Source: the human T2T-CHM13v2.0 reference genome, Homo sapiens. From it: a stretch of 64,000 nucleotides of DNA. Of the stretch, positions 27,188 through 40,129 are shown piece after piece (position 1 is the first letter of the stretch; every line of letters starts with the position of its first letter). The stretch lies in NCBI RefSeq assembly GCF_009914755.1, contig NC_060926.1; one strand, 5' to 3'. The position numbers were made by a program, and so were the translations under genes. The notes beneath the pieces were generated by a model. The model was not told where the DNA came from. It searched no databases and was given only the letters and a program-made list of their open reading frames with translations.

Positions 27188-28009
27188 ATATCTTCTTTCT
27201 TGGTCCATAAATTCCTTAGAGATTATTTTCATATATAAAAAAAAATATGACATGTAGCAAGTTTCCAGTTGGAACAGCATTGTAAAACATTCAAGTACAT
27301 ACACTGCATTTATCCAAACAATTTCTCAGGTAACATCACATGTTTTCATATGGAAAACAAATGTAGAATAATTCAGTTATACCTAGAGGCAAGTAAAAAT
27401 TACCAGCATATGTACTTTCAATGTTCATATTAAATTTTGACCCACTGAACTGTCATTTGAGGAATTTTTCATGTAATTATATATTTTCTTAATAATCTCT
27501 CATAGATGCAATGCTCTACATCCAATTTTCAGACCCTAAACTATGTTAACCACTACTTTAAAATAAAGGTTCATAAAGCTCAAAAACTCATTATAACTTA
27601 CTTTCATTGATAGCATAAATATATGTCATGTGTCATGTTGTAATGGGCTTATTATATGAGATATAAAGGAAGTAATAATAAAATATAAATGTTTGGGTCA
27701 GTCTAATGTTAATAATTATGATTAGACATGTTGAAGACTACCCCTATGTCCCTGAGATTGCTGTGTGCTATATATACATACCTTAGCTAGTTCTAATAAT
27801 GGTTTACAGTACATATATTATTATAATTGTTTTATAGGAAATTTTATTAATAGTCTAATGGTATTATAGATGACTATGGTAGTTGTCATCAATGGGCTAC
27901 TATCATCAAAGCTCACAGTTGATCTACTATGCCATATTGTTTCCTTCTGAATCTGGAGGGAAAAGAACTTCTGCTTTACTCTCAGACAAATCATTCATAT
28001 ATTCCCAAT

Positions 28010-28420
28010 CTTATGGTTTGAAGGTCTCCTTCAAAACTCATGTTGAAACTTCATCCCCAATGTGGCAGAGGTGAAGCCTTTCAGAGGTGATTGGATCATG
28101 AGGGCTCTGCCTTAATAAAAAGATTAATCCATCAGTAGATTAAAGGGTTAATGGGTTATCATGGGAGGGGAACTGGTGGCTTTATAGGAAGAGGAAGACA
28201 GACCTGAGCTGGCAGGTTAGCATGCTCAGCCCCCTAGCCATGTGATGCTCTAAACTGTCTTAAGACTCTTCAGAAAGTTTCCACCAGCAAGAAGGCTCTC
28301 ACCTAATGTGGCCCCTGAACATGGGACTTCTCAGCCTTCATAACTGCAAGAAATAAATTATATCCTTTATAAATTATATACTTTCAGGTATTCTGTTAGA
28401 AGCAACAGAAAGACTAAGAA
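28010..28420 (+). mobile_element. MaLR solo LTR (MSTC-like)
   Basis: tatggtttgaagg...caaaactcatgttgaaact...aatgggttatcatgggagggg...gacctgagctggc...tcaggtattctgttagaagcaacagaaaga. Confidence 0.85.
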
Positions 28421-29328
28421 AGATAAGAAGTGTAATTCTAAAAGTATAAAAACTCAGACTCTACCTTTGATTAAATGCAATAATAACTCTAATTGTCCTA
28501 ACGTTCATTTTGAGCAAATGGGTAAAAACACTCTACAAAACTCAGTCATAAACTTTTATGTTATTTTGTCATAATCAGAGATGCCACAGTTTGGACAATA
28601 CAGTTCACCAAATTGAAAACAACCTAGATAACATTAATAGGTTATTTACTCTTAGTGAAAATCTGACTTTATAATCATTACCCAATTACATTTTATAACA
28701 AGTTTGTGAGACGAGTAAGCCAAATATTCTGACTTTAAAGATGAATGAATGGTTCCAAAATTTATAATAAATTAATTAGCTACATTATTATTGAATTTGC
28801 TACTTAGCCATGTTTTCATCTTATAGTTTGCACCAGAAAAAAATACTAAATTATTTTACACTTTAGCAATTTATTGATATTTCATAGCTGTTGGTTCTTG
28901 ACCACATAGAGTCAGTTGAATAAAAGTTTTGTTTTGGTTTTTATTAAGATAGAGGAGTAAAGCATTAATGGGTTAATAGAAACTTCTCCTGTTCCATGTT
29001 TGCATTTCATCTCTTAAAATATAATTTCATTTTTACCCTTGTGATTATGATATAGATCAAGAAATTTCTTTTTCCACGTGAAGGCTTTTTAGCAGTTCTG
29101 CAGGCTAGAAGATAGTCTGAAATAATCAATTCTACCAATTAAACTTCCATAGTAAGTCCTCTGGTTGAGAACTGACCTGGCATATTTATAGTTTATGGTT
29201 CACAGAATTAAAGCATAGTTAGTAAATGATTCAGGAATTTGGACATTTTTAAATAGAGGGTCTGCTGGTTTGGGCAAGTTCTCTATAAAAACATTTGCTC
29301 AAATGTAATTTTGCAATTCCAATTTTTT

Positions 29329-29482
29329 AATCTTTATTTATTAATAAATTATGATTTTTGAAAAAAAAAAACTCTTAAAATGTTCTGCGTACATGTTAAT
29401 GTAGGTTAGGCCATCCAAAAGATAAAGCCAAGCATCAACATTAAGTCATGGGCTAGGATTATACAAATTAGAACAAATACAA
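29329..29482 (-). pseudogene. Short retroposed mRNA-like 3' end (processed pseudogene fragment), parent not identified
   Basis: Flanked by direct repeats gcaattccaatttttt (29313-29328) / gctattccaatttttt (29483-29498); the minus strand ends ...ttaataaataaagattaaaaaa. Confidence 0.6.
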
Positions 29483-29555
29483 GCTATTCCAATTTTTTTC
29501 CCTGTCAATTTTCTTTCTGTCACACGTTTTAGTTCAAATTTGTACATATAAATAT

Positions 29556-29573
29556 ACACACACACACACACAC
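29556..29573. repeat. (CA)n microsatellite
   Basis: About 9 CA units. Confidence 0.9.
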
Positions 29574-29634
29574 CCCTATTCTCACATGTATATTACACAG
29601 ACATAGGCTATGTTCTCTTCATGTGTTTACGTTA

Positions 29635-30070
29635 ATAATAGCTAACCGCTATTGTGCACAAAATATATGCCAAACACTGGTCTAAGTACCCTATATGGAC
29701 TTACACATGTGATCCTTACAACAACCCTAAAATCCATGTTCTATTACTATTTATTCATACTAATTATTAATATCACATATTTTTAAAAACCTGAGGTATA
29801 GATGTTAAGTAACTTTTGTGAAATCAAATAACAAGTAAATAGTGCTACAGAAATATGAAGTCAAGCAAGTTGGGGCCAGAAAGTGTCATTTAAATCTCAT
29901 AATAATGATGAAAGTGAAAGCAAATACCTCATTTTATAACTAAAGAAACTGAGGCCCAGAGAGGTTATATGATTTACGGAAAGTCAAACAATTGGTAAGT
30001 AGTTGAGAATTTCAACCCATGCAATCTCGTTCCAGAAACAAGTCTTGTCCACTTCGATATACTGCCACTT
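29635..30070 (-). mobile_element. Two MIR fragments
   Basis: atgccaaacactggtctaag...atccttacaacaaccct; attttataactaaagaaactgaggcccagagaggtt. Confidence 0.75.
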
Positions 30071-30765
30071 TAAGATATCTGCCTTTCTAGCACAGTTAAA
30101 GTCATTACGTCTATGTATCAAAAACCGTTTCAATTGAGAAGTCATGGAAAGAAACAGGGCTATCAAATACCTCTCCTTTCTTTACCTAGGATGGATGGGT
30201 AATAATGAAACACTCATCAACTAAGTGATAGAGAAATTATTATTCTGCCACCTTTCTTATCCCAGTTCATATGCAGTTCAAGATCATATCTGGCTTTTGA
30301 CTATTTCCAATTCCTTGTCCTTTAACTGTCAGTTTTCACAATAAAATGACAAAAATCAGAATCTACTGCAGATGCTATCAATTAAAGTGCTGTCTCTCCC
30401 TCTTTGCAACCTAACTTTTCCCTAAGGAATTTCCTGGCTGAATCACAGGTGTTGCAAATACTGACTTCTGTTATCATTTTTACCATCGTTTTCCCTTTGT
30501 CTTTGAAGTCATATTAGCATGTCTTGTACAAATAAAATTAATTTGTGTTAATCACTGTTCTGGGCATTTTGCATATATCATTACTATTCTTCATAAGAGG
30601 AATTAAGGAAAATGCAAAAAGATTGGTAATTTATCCAAGGTAGACTAGCTAATAAGAGGCAGATTCAGGATTCTAATTCAGGTCACTCTGCCTCAAAACA
30701 CTATCCTGTGTCCACTAATGGCATGGCTACACAAAACACAAACAAACTCCATTCTGCATATGTAG

Positions 30766-30809
30766 ATAAGGAGAAAAACAATCTATAATAAGGAGAAAAA
30801 CAATCTATA
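30766..30809. repeat. Perfect 22-bp tandem duplication
   Basis: ataaggagaaaaacaatctata x2. Confidence 0.95.
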
Positions 30810-31746
30810 CACATCAATTATAAACACATACATGATTTATATCCTTTAGAGTGTAGCTATCACTTTGTAGCAAATATGTATTGCTATTGCTTTATTGTAT
30901 ATTGTATATATAAGGGAAATTGTTTAGAGAAACAAAACTCATAATAAACAGCTCAAGATCTTTAAAAGCCAAATTTAATCTGAGATAATAGATCATTTTC
31001 TTCTCTTTTATCAATGACTAATTAGTGATGGAAATTTTGTTTTTCTCATCATAACTTAGAAAACTTCCTTGATAAAGGTTGTTTAATTTAGTACACATTT
31101 AAATTTTAAGCCAGCAGGGTTTTCTGCCTCATAAATATCTATTTTAGGATAGAATAAACACCAGTCAGCTGACTTATTTTTAAACAAGCTATGAAAATTT
31201 ATTATGAAAATATTATTTCCTCCAGTATAAAAAGACTGATTGAAATGTAAATTTTCTATAGGATTTCTGATAGCTGAATAAACATAAAATATGGAGATAT
31301 TAAAAGCATTATCTACTCTTGTAAATACTTGGAAGACTTTAATTTTGAAAAGGTTACAAGTCTTTCACAAGGTAAACATAGTAATGCAAGAGAAAAACTC
31401 TTCCATTATTATTTAGCTATATTCCTTCCTACTTTATAAGTTTGATTTATGCTTTTACAAGAATTGCTGTATCAATGAATTTCAATACATAGCTTGAAGG
31501 CAAAAGTTTGACTTCCAACTGCTTTTTCAGTCATCTTCATCTTTCAAATATTTAGAACATAAATTAGGCTAAAATTATATTGAATTTTATTATGCTTTAC
31601 AAGCATGCTGCTTCTTGGTATTCCAATTAATTATGTTCCTTTGAATTTTTAGTACATGCTGTGGTACAGGTGTCCCATATGTTCAAGTTAATTGTAATTT
31701 TACAAGGAAAAATACACCAAATCCAGAAAAGGGATTACATCTATAA

Positions 31747-31750
<4 letters not shown>

Positions 31751-31803
<53 letters not shown>
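31751..31803. repeat. (TA)n microsatellite
   Basis: About 26 perfect AT units. Confidence 0.98.
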
Positions 31804-31807
<4 letters not shown>

Positions 31808-32827
31808 CAAATATAAATACATTAGTCATGGAGGACTCTTTCTTGCTTGAAATTAGTTTGTATTTCAGTTTTACAACCTGGTTCATATAGAAGATGATCA
31901 GTTACAGTTGGGGTCAACTGCAAATAAACTAAGAAATATAATGTTAGATAATAGTGGTATACATTTGGTAGCTGACATCAATAACTAGGGATTCTGCTCT
32001 TATCTTTGCTAATCCCATAATTATTTTTGAGCCTAAAACTGGCACTCTGATACCAAACTCTGGTATCAGAGTTTGTGTCAAATTGTGATATAAAATATTA
32101 ATTTCTAGAGGCAAGTTTTAGCCATCAATTAAGAATAAATACACCCTTCCTGGCAGTTTGATTCTGAGCTAATTTGCATTCAGCTGCAGTCCATCATATA
32201 AAAAGGAATGGTGTATGCTTTATTTCCTCCTCTTTCAGGGAGTCTCCCCTCTATTACAGTGAGTTTTTTAATGAGGTACAGCATCAGGACCACATGAGAC
32301 ATACGGGGGACGAAAGATACATTCTAAGAGCAAATGTAATTTAATTTAATTTCTTCGGGGGAAGCCAACAATTTATTGATGTTCTGGCATTTCTAAGAAT
32401 GGAGTACTAGACAGACTTGAAGAAATGACTTCCTAAATAAAAGACAGGAAAACGAATGGGTCAAGAAAGAGAGTGAGTTAGTAATTACTGTAAGGACTTT
32501 GTTACTGTTGACTTTACCTAATAGATGGCCTGAGCAGGTTTTCATTAACCTGGTCCATTTATATTCCTATTAGATGTCAGCTGAAAAATACTAAGCAGCT
32601 AGGAATGACTCCTCTATTTTGACAAAGAAATGTATTTCTATAATGAATATTCAGTACAGGAGCATAAGGGAACTTGAAATATTATTTTCTAGTGTTCTTC
32701 TGATTTAGACCCAGAATTTATGGTGCTGTACTGTAGGCTGAACTGTCCCAGTGACCAGATGGAAACAGAATTTTTCTTCTGAGTAAGAAGAAAAGGAAAA
32801 AAAAAAAGTTGGCCAGGTAATCAGCCA

Positions 32828-32847
32828 ACACACACACACACACACAC
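32828..32847. repeat. (CA)n microsatellite
   Basis: About 10 AC units. Confidence 0.9.
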
Positions 32848-33109
32848 GTTGCAAGGCATTTTGTCAGATACCTTAAGGTCTGCCATAGAATAACAGGCAT
32901 GATCCCAGCCCTGAAGGATCCCATACTTTCAGTATGTCAAAGCAAATGCGGGGGTCAATTAATTTCTATACTGCATGATAATAACTCCAGGAGCTGCATC
33001 TAGACTTCTTTGCAGTATTTGCCATTATTAATTTTTCTATTCTTTGGAACACCTGTATGTATGATTTCAGTTGCTTCCAATTTTTGTTTATTTGTTTCTA
33101 GGCAACCTG

Positions 33110-33965
33110 GGCAAACTACTCAATTCATATGGCTTCTATTTCCTCCCCAAACTCCATCTTCAACCTAAACGTCTTCTGCACTCCACAATCCTTTATCCAT
33201 CTGCCCCTGTACCTCTCCATGTGAACATCATATAGACAACTTGAATTCAGTATTTCTAACATGAAACTTATATTTTTTTGCATAAGTCTGTCACTTGTCT
33301 TATAGTTGATATCTCAGCAAACATCATGAATATCCTTTCTTTTTTCCAAATGACAATATAGTCATTATGCCTGACTCCTCATCCCTTCCTTCAGAAATCC
33401 TGTCAACCAGCACATTGTCTGAATTCTATAACTCCTCTGGCAGATTTTGGTTCAAGTCATCTTTCCTTGTTTAGATTAATGGAAATACAATTCAACTACT
33501 CCCTCCATTGATTTTTCTACAGAGTAACTAAGAGTAACTTTTCTAAAACTGACATTTGATAAATTCACTCCTCTACATAAAATCATTCAATGATTTCAAT
33601 CCTCTCAGGATAGAATAAGTATCTATATGAAGAACTGCATGATGTTCTATGATCTGGGCCCTTTTCCATCTCTTACTTATCTATAAGTTTTACTCTAAAA
33701 TTCAAGTACGCTAAACTACTGTGAATTCCCTATGTTTTTGCTCTCCACAAGGACTTTGAATCAACTGTTTCCTCATCCTGTAACTCCTTTTGTCCTATTC
33801 TTTGTTCCACTTAACCAATTCCTACTCATCTTTTCAGCATGAGTTTGTCATTGTTTCCCAGGAGAAGCTTTTTCTGGCATTCAGCTTCATCCAGGGACTG
33901 GCTTACCTTTTTAGCCTAAGGGCTTCCATTGCCCCTGTTCTTAACCTACCGCAGTAGTTTTCAGA
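33110..33965 (+). mobile_element. L2 fragment
   Basis: Pyrimidine-rich L2 body (caattcatatggcttc..., cactcctctacataaaatcattcaatg..., cctactcatcttttcagc). Confidence 0.65.
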
Positions 33966-33970
33966 GTACT

Positions 33971-34460
33971 CAGGACCCATTAGAGTCATGAGTCCCTCCA
34001 AGAAGGGTATATGTTCTGAGAAACGTGTGCTTAGGTCATTTTGCCATTGTGCAAACGTCATAGAATGTACTTACCAAACATAGATGGTGCAGCCTACTAC
34101 ACACCTAGGCTATATGGTGCAGCCTGATGCTCCTAAGCCACAAACCTGTACATTATGTTACTGTACTTAACACTCTCAGCAACTGTAATACAATGGAAAG
34201 TATTTGTGTATCTAACCATAGAAAAATACAGTAAAAATATGATATTATAATCTTATGAAACCACAGTCATATATGCAGTCTGTCATTATGCAGCACATGG
34301 CTGTACATAATTTGTGAGGCTCAGTGCCAAGGGAAAATGAGAGATCCATTGTTCAAAAATTATCAAGAATTTCAAGAGGGTGCTAGAAGAGCACTTAACC
34401 AAGTAAAGAGCTCTTCTAAGTACAGGGAACTTTGCCACTATGCAGGTCACGCATTTACCA
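33971..34460 (-). mobile_element. MER45A-like hAT element, interrupted by Tigger3a
   Basis: caggacccatta | insertion | cataatttgtgaggctcagtg...ttgttcaaaaattatcaagaatttcaag...tgcaggtcacgc. Confidence 0.75.
33983..34303 (+). mobile_element. Tigger3a (MER7A)-like TcMar element
   Basis: TIRs gagtcatg / catggctg, TA on both sides; gttctgagaaa...agcctactacacacctaggctatatgg...caaacctgtac. Confidence 0.9.
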
Positions 34461-37400
34461 GACTAAGCATGCATCTTGCTGCTTTTTCTGTCTTTATTGC
34501 TCACTAAATTGTAAGCTTCTTGAAAGTAGAGTCTTTTTGTCCTATGCCCCCATTACTTTTTCAGCAATTAGCATTTTTTTCTTGCCCGTAATTATTACTC
34601 AGAAAATATCTGTGAGTTCAATTCTCCATTCTGAGAAAAATAAATCACAAAGTGGGCATCAGTTATCTGGCAACAACCGCAAAATGAGAGGATTTGTCAA
34701 CATGCTGTAATTGGGCATCTCCGGGAGTAAGATTAAATTGTAGCTTATTTTAATCTATAACCATTCCCAAATTTATTAAAGATATTAGTTAATGTTATGC
34801 ATTATAAAATCTAAAAATATTTTAGTAAGAATTATTAAAACATAAATATATAATGTATTTATCAACTATAGATTTACATGAATTTGAATAATAATAGTAA
34901 TTCAAATTCTTCCCAGTATTTCAGTGGAATGTAGATACTGCTGTGTTGGTTACTGAGATGCAATGGCCTCCAGTAGCACAGTGCTTTGTGCACACTGTGT
35001 GCAAATTTTCAAGGAGTACTAGATTTAGCCTTATACAGACAGATCATTTGTTTATTTCTTATTTAGTCCTTCCCTATTTTGTTTTTTACTTAAATAACTC
35101 ATGTCTAAGGGATTCTTATCAATGCCCCTTCTCAGTCCCCTTGGGGTTTTAGATTCACTCTGCTTTTCCCACATTCTCTTGAATTTGCTGCCCCAAATAC
35201 CTATCCAAACTCTGTAGATGGATAAAGCCTTCTAGAGTACAGAAGACATTCAGGTTGTAGATGGAGTCTGGGGAGGAAATAGAAGCCACATGAATTGAGA
35301 AGTTTGTCTAGGTTGCCTAAAAACACAAACAAAGTGGACTAGGAATTGGAGTGCAAATACCTGTCCAAACTCTGCAGTTTGACAAAAAGAGGGGAACTTT
35401 GAGAATGTTGAGTGTAGCACAAGATCGCGGAATGTAAATTCCTAAGCTAAGTGGTCCACGGTCTGCCATTTCTCTCCCTTTCTCCTCCCTCCTCCTCTCC
35501 CTCTACCTCTACCTCTCTAAGCCTTGGTTTCTTCACCCACAAAATGACATATTGGGATTCTACAACTTTGATGTTCTTTCCAGCTTTACCACTGCATCAT
35601 GTGCCTTTCAGAATAGAAAAGGCTGGGCCTTGGGAGAGAAGCAGAAGTCAGATAAATGAAAGTGAAAAGGGAGGGAGGGCACTGAGGAAGACCTGGCCTA
35701 AGAGAGTCCTCGGCACATAGGTGACTGTGAGTGAGCCTGCCCTAGTGACCCAGCCTTAGTGCCACAAACATGGCCTGAGTGCATAATGTGCCAAGCTCTG
35801 TTCTGAGAACTTCTTGTGTACCAATAATTTACTCATCCCAACAATCACTCTTATTTTATCGATAGGGAAATTAAATCCCATGGCTAGTTAGTGATTGATT
35901 CAGTATTTTAAAATCATTCAGTTTGACCTTATTCCTGTGTCCCCATGATTAGGAAATCTCTAAAATCACATTTGGAAGAATTTGGGCTCATGATCATTCG
36001 ATTGTTTCAAAAAAAAAAAAAGCACAATTTTCTCTTTTAGACATCACTTGGGAACAAATGGTGCTCTTTAGAAAGCACAATGAACATAAAGATATAATTC
36101 TTACAAAAATTAACAGGAAAGGAGCTACCAAATGGCAATGGATGAGAAAGGCATCTTGTTGCTTATTTTCTAGACCTCTTATTCCAGCAGATGATTACAT
36201 TCCATTTCTGTCTTTTATTTCTCTTGCTGCATGATTTTTCACAGGCTTTGTTCTACACACTCATCATCTTTGGTATTCCTTTAGATAGTTTTTTCTTTTT
36301 TAATTCCCTATGTCTCTTTTCAGCAGATTGAATAAGCAAGGTAACATTCCTCTAAGTTCTCCATTCAATAATACTTTAAAAATGATGCTGGATTATTTCA
36401 TGCCAGCATTGCCACATTGTGGAATGATTGTTCACATTGAACTTTTTAATTTGCACCATGCAGACTATCCCTCTCTTTCATGCCATTTATTTTTTCCCAT
36501 ACTTATCTTTATTAACTATAATTGTCTACAGCTGCTGTATTTACCGTTTTTCCTGCCTCAGATTTAAATTCAATCCTGTCACTTGAGGAGGTGCATAATA
36601 TATACAAGGCAATTTGACATATTCTGATGCCTCCTGGGGCAAATTTACTGCATTTATATAAAAACATGAAAAGATAAGTTTTATTCTGTCCTCTTGTAAA
36701 CTTCCTGGTAACCTAACATGGAAATATGCCTGACCTACTTTAAAAGGGTCATTGCAAAATTGCCTAATAGTGATAATAATGTCATAAGGTGCTGTAACAA
36801 GTTCTTCATGGAGACTAAATTACTTGATCTTCACAATAAATTTATAAAGCAAGTATTGTTATCCCCACTTTGAAGATGAGGAAGGCTTAGAAGTTATGTA
36901 ACTTGGCATTTTCATGCTCTTGATATGTGATAAAGCTGATTTGAACCTGGTTTTCCTGACTTCATCCCAATGTTGCTATAAATAAAAGCAGCATAGCCTA
37001 AACAATGACTATGTCCTTAATTATCCTCACCACAAAAACACATATATCCCCTTAATAATTTAATGCCACTGTATTGTTAAAAAAAACCCAAAAACCAGAT
37101 GAGGTCCTAAATAACATCGTATTCAAAAGCCCAGGGCCAAGTTTGGCTGAAAACATTGTAAAAATAGTTGATTCAATGTTACTGTCAAATTCTACCAGAA
37201 AACTAGCTGTGGCCTATATATTCTTTTACTTATTTTGTACTATAAGCACAATATCTTCCATTTTATGGATGAAAATTCTGTTTATGGATTGAAATAACAA
37301 ATAAGATAGAATGAATTTAGTTCTCCTTGAACTACCTGTATTTCTACCTTGTGAAAAAAAATCTTGTATATCAAAACCTTGCTTTATACAAATCTATAAT

Positions 37401-40129
37401 TCACAAATACCCTTTAATGTAATCTGTTTTCCTTAATCAGATAACTCAACTCATGGTTTACTTGCAAGAGTGTTCTAGATACAACTTCACTAATTTATTC
37501 TTCCTCTATCATTTTGCATTTTTAGCAGACTCAGTACCACCACAAGAAAAGATAAATTGCTACTAAAAGTAGGCTTAGAGTAGGAAGTACTACACTGTTG
37601 AAATAAATCTAAAATCAAACATAGGGTGCTTATTTTGACATTTAAAATACAAATATAAATGACCAATAAAATACTCATGTAACAGAATCACATGAAATCA
37701 TCAAATAATCATGCTGAAAAGCAGAAATTATATGTTACTTTTAATATTGAATAAAATAAATAAATAATTCTGCAACCATATACAAAATATACCTTGTGAT
37801 TTTGCTTTAAACTTATATTTACATTGCCTTTGATTAATAATTTAATCTCCACATTATTAATTCTGGTTTACCGTTCTGGACAATTTAAATTATTAACAGG
37901 GGTGCAACTGAAGACTTAGAACAACTCTGAATACCAGATGCTTCTCCAAAATATACAGCTATAAGCAGTCATGCTACAACATTCTATTTTGAAATTTTAG
38001 GAGTAAGAAAATTAAGATATAATACATCAATTTTCCCACATAATTTCTCAGCAGACAATGGGGAAGAACCACTATAGTGATTAAATAGATGGAGAGATTC
38101 AATTTTGAGGGAAGATTAAGAAACTAAATATGTAGAAGTTGGCTTGGTGACCACTAACTGAGAGGGGATATGAGTGACTGTTTTTATATTTGAATGACAC
38201 CTTCAAAGACGGACATTAATAGTTTGCCACCTGGCAATGAGCAATAGTCAAAAGAAATGGGCGATGTTAAAAGAAACATACAGAAAAATCTATAATAATA
38301 ATACGGTAATGTAATAATAATCTTTTGTGTATCATAGAACTGTCCTTATAAAAAATAAGATAGGTCAGTTTTCTTAATTTTAAGGGCAGTCATTTTTATA
38401 AATAAGCATATCACGTTCTTTTTTTATTTTTGCTAGCCAGACATGTTTAAACATAACACATATCATTTTACCATTTTTAAGTCATATTAAAATATATTTT
38501 ACATGGCATTCTTTCAAAATTAGAAATTTGTAGTTGATAAAACAGCCGTTTCTTCTCTACATTATTTTAGTAATTAAAAAATAAACAGTAATCAGCATAA
38601 AATTTGTCACCCCATGCATTTTAACTTAAAAATGAATGTGTACTAGCTGGACTATTAGCTAATGGTTTATAAAATAAGGATCATAAAACATAGTAAGTCA
38701 CCGAATCAGTACAGCATTCCCATCTCATAGGTAGAGGGTTGCTGTTAGGCTCAATCTCATTTACTCTCCTTGTTAATGTCCTGAAAGAGGCAGTAAATAT
38801 GACATTTGTTACTTTCATATTACATTGAAACGTGCATCGGGAATACAATTTATTTCAGAAGCAAATATTAGACTACCTGAAGAAGCACTGGAAAGTAAAT
38901 ATAGATAGTTAAATGTAAAGATAACAATCAATTAGGATGTTTTCCAGAAAAGATGGTAGCGAAATGGGTAATGTCATATGGAACTTGTATACCAGGATAG
39001 ATCCCATAAGCCTCTTTGGTAATGCTGCATGTAGTGCTACTCAGCCACCTGAACATCAAACATGCTTGAAACGAATTAAGAGTCATCAATAGACTACAGA
39101 ACTACAGATTTTCTTCTATAAGAAACAATTGGCTCCATTTCTGTGAAAGTGGCTACAAATAGCATTCAAAACTAGAAGAAGACTAGGTGGTAAAACCCAC
39201 AGTACATCAGCAGGAGGAAGGTACAGCACTCAGCACTGTTGTACACTTTAATATGATGATTACTATCATGATGCTAATGCTAGCTTTAGCTTACGGTGCT
39301 TCTACCCTCATTATGTTTAGCACCAACATTCTCTGTTTCTGAGCTGTACAGTATTAAATACGGTGAGGAGGTAGCAGAGTAGGAGCTAGAGGTGCTAAAA
39401 GTCATCTCTTGGAAGGACAGTTGCTGCTTTTTCAGAGAAAAGCTTAAAGGTCAGTGACTGCATGAAAGCATTCTTACTTTGTGCTTACATTCCCAAGCAC
39501 ATTTAAACTTTTTTTGGCGGTGGAGGGTGGCGAGGTAGGGGGCACTTAAAAGTCACTCAGTGATTGCTTCTGTGGAGTATAGAACCTCTAGGTGCTGGAA
39601 AAACAGTTGTGAGCAAGGCAAAAGAAAATCCTGCTCTCGCACATCTTCCTACCGAGTAGAAAGTTTAGACAATTATACAGAGGATAACAATAAAGAATGG
39701 TGAGTGCTGTACAGGATGCTCAGAAAACCAACAGCAGGTTGGCCTAATGGACCCAAGAATCAGGGAAAGTGTTCCTGAGAAAATATCAGTGAAACCTAAA
39801 GGGCTCACTTGTTCTCTAAGTGAGATCCAGACATTGCAAAATCTGTTGTACACTTAAAAAAAAAAAAAAAGAGTTTGACTATTTTTTGCTTTTGACAGAT
39901 TGAAACAGTTAGGTCAATCAAAATAGTAAATGGGTTTTGAAATCCACCTATCTTCAAGCTATGTTCAATAGCTAGATTTCCATAGTCTATTAAACCCCTT
40001 CTTGAATTTCTCTGATTATCTGACTGAGCTGTAGCATATTCCAAATAGAAATTACTCAATAGCAACTGCAGTATGTTTGTGAAGAAATTTCAGAACGGAA
40101 AAAAAAAAAGAGCTTAGGGCATTAACTTA

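Noticed and set aside
27400-27860. AT-rich segment that may be an old DNA transposon relic (similar case at 34630-34940)
   Set aside because: I could not assign a family or find TIRs or a TSD
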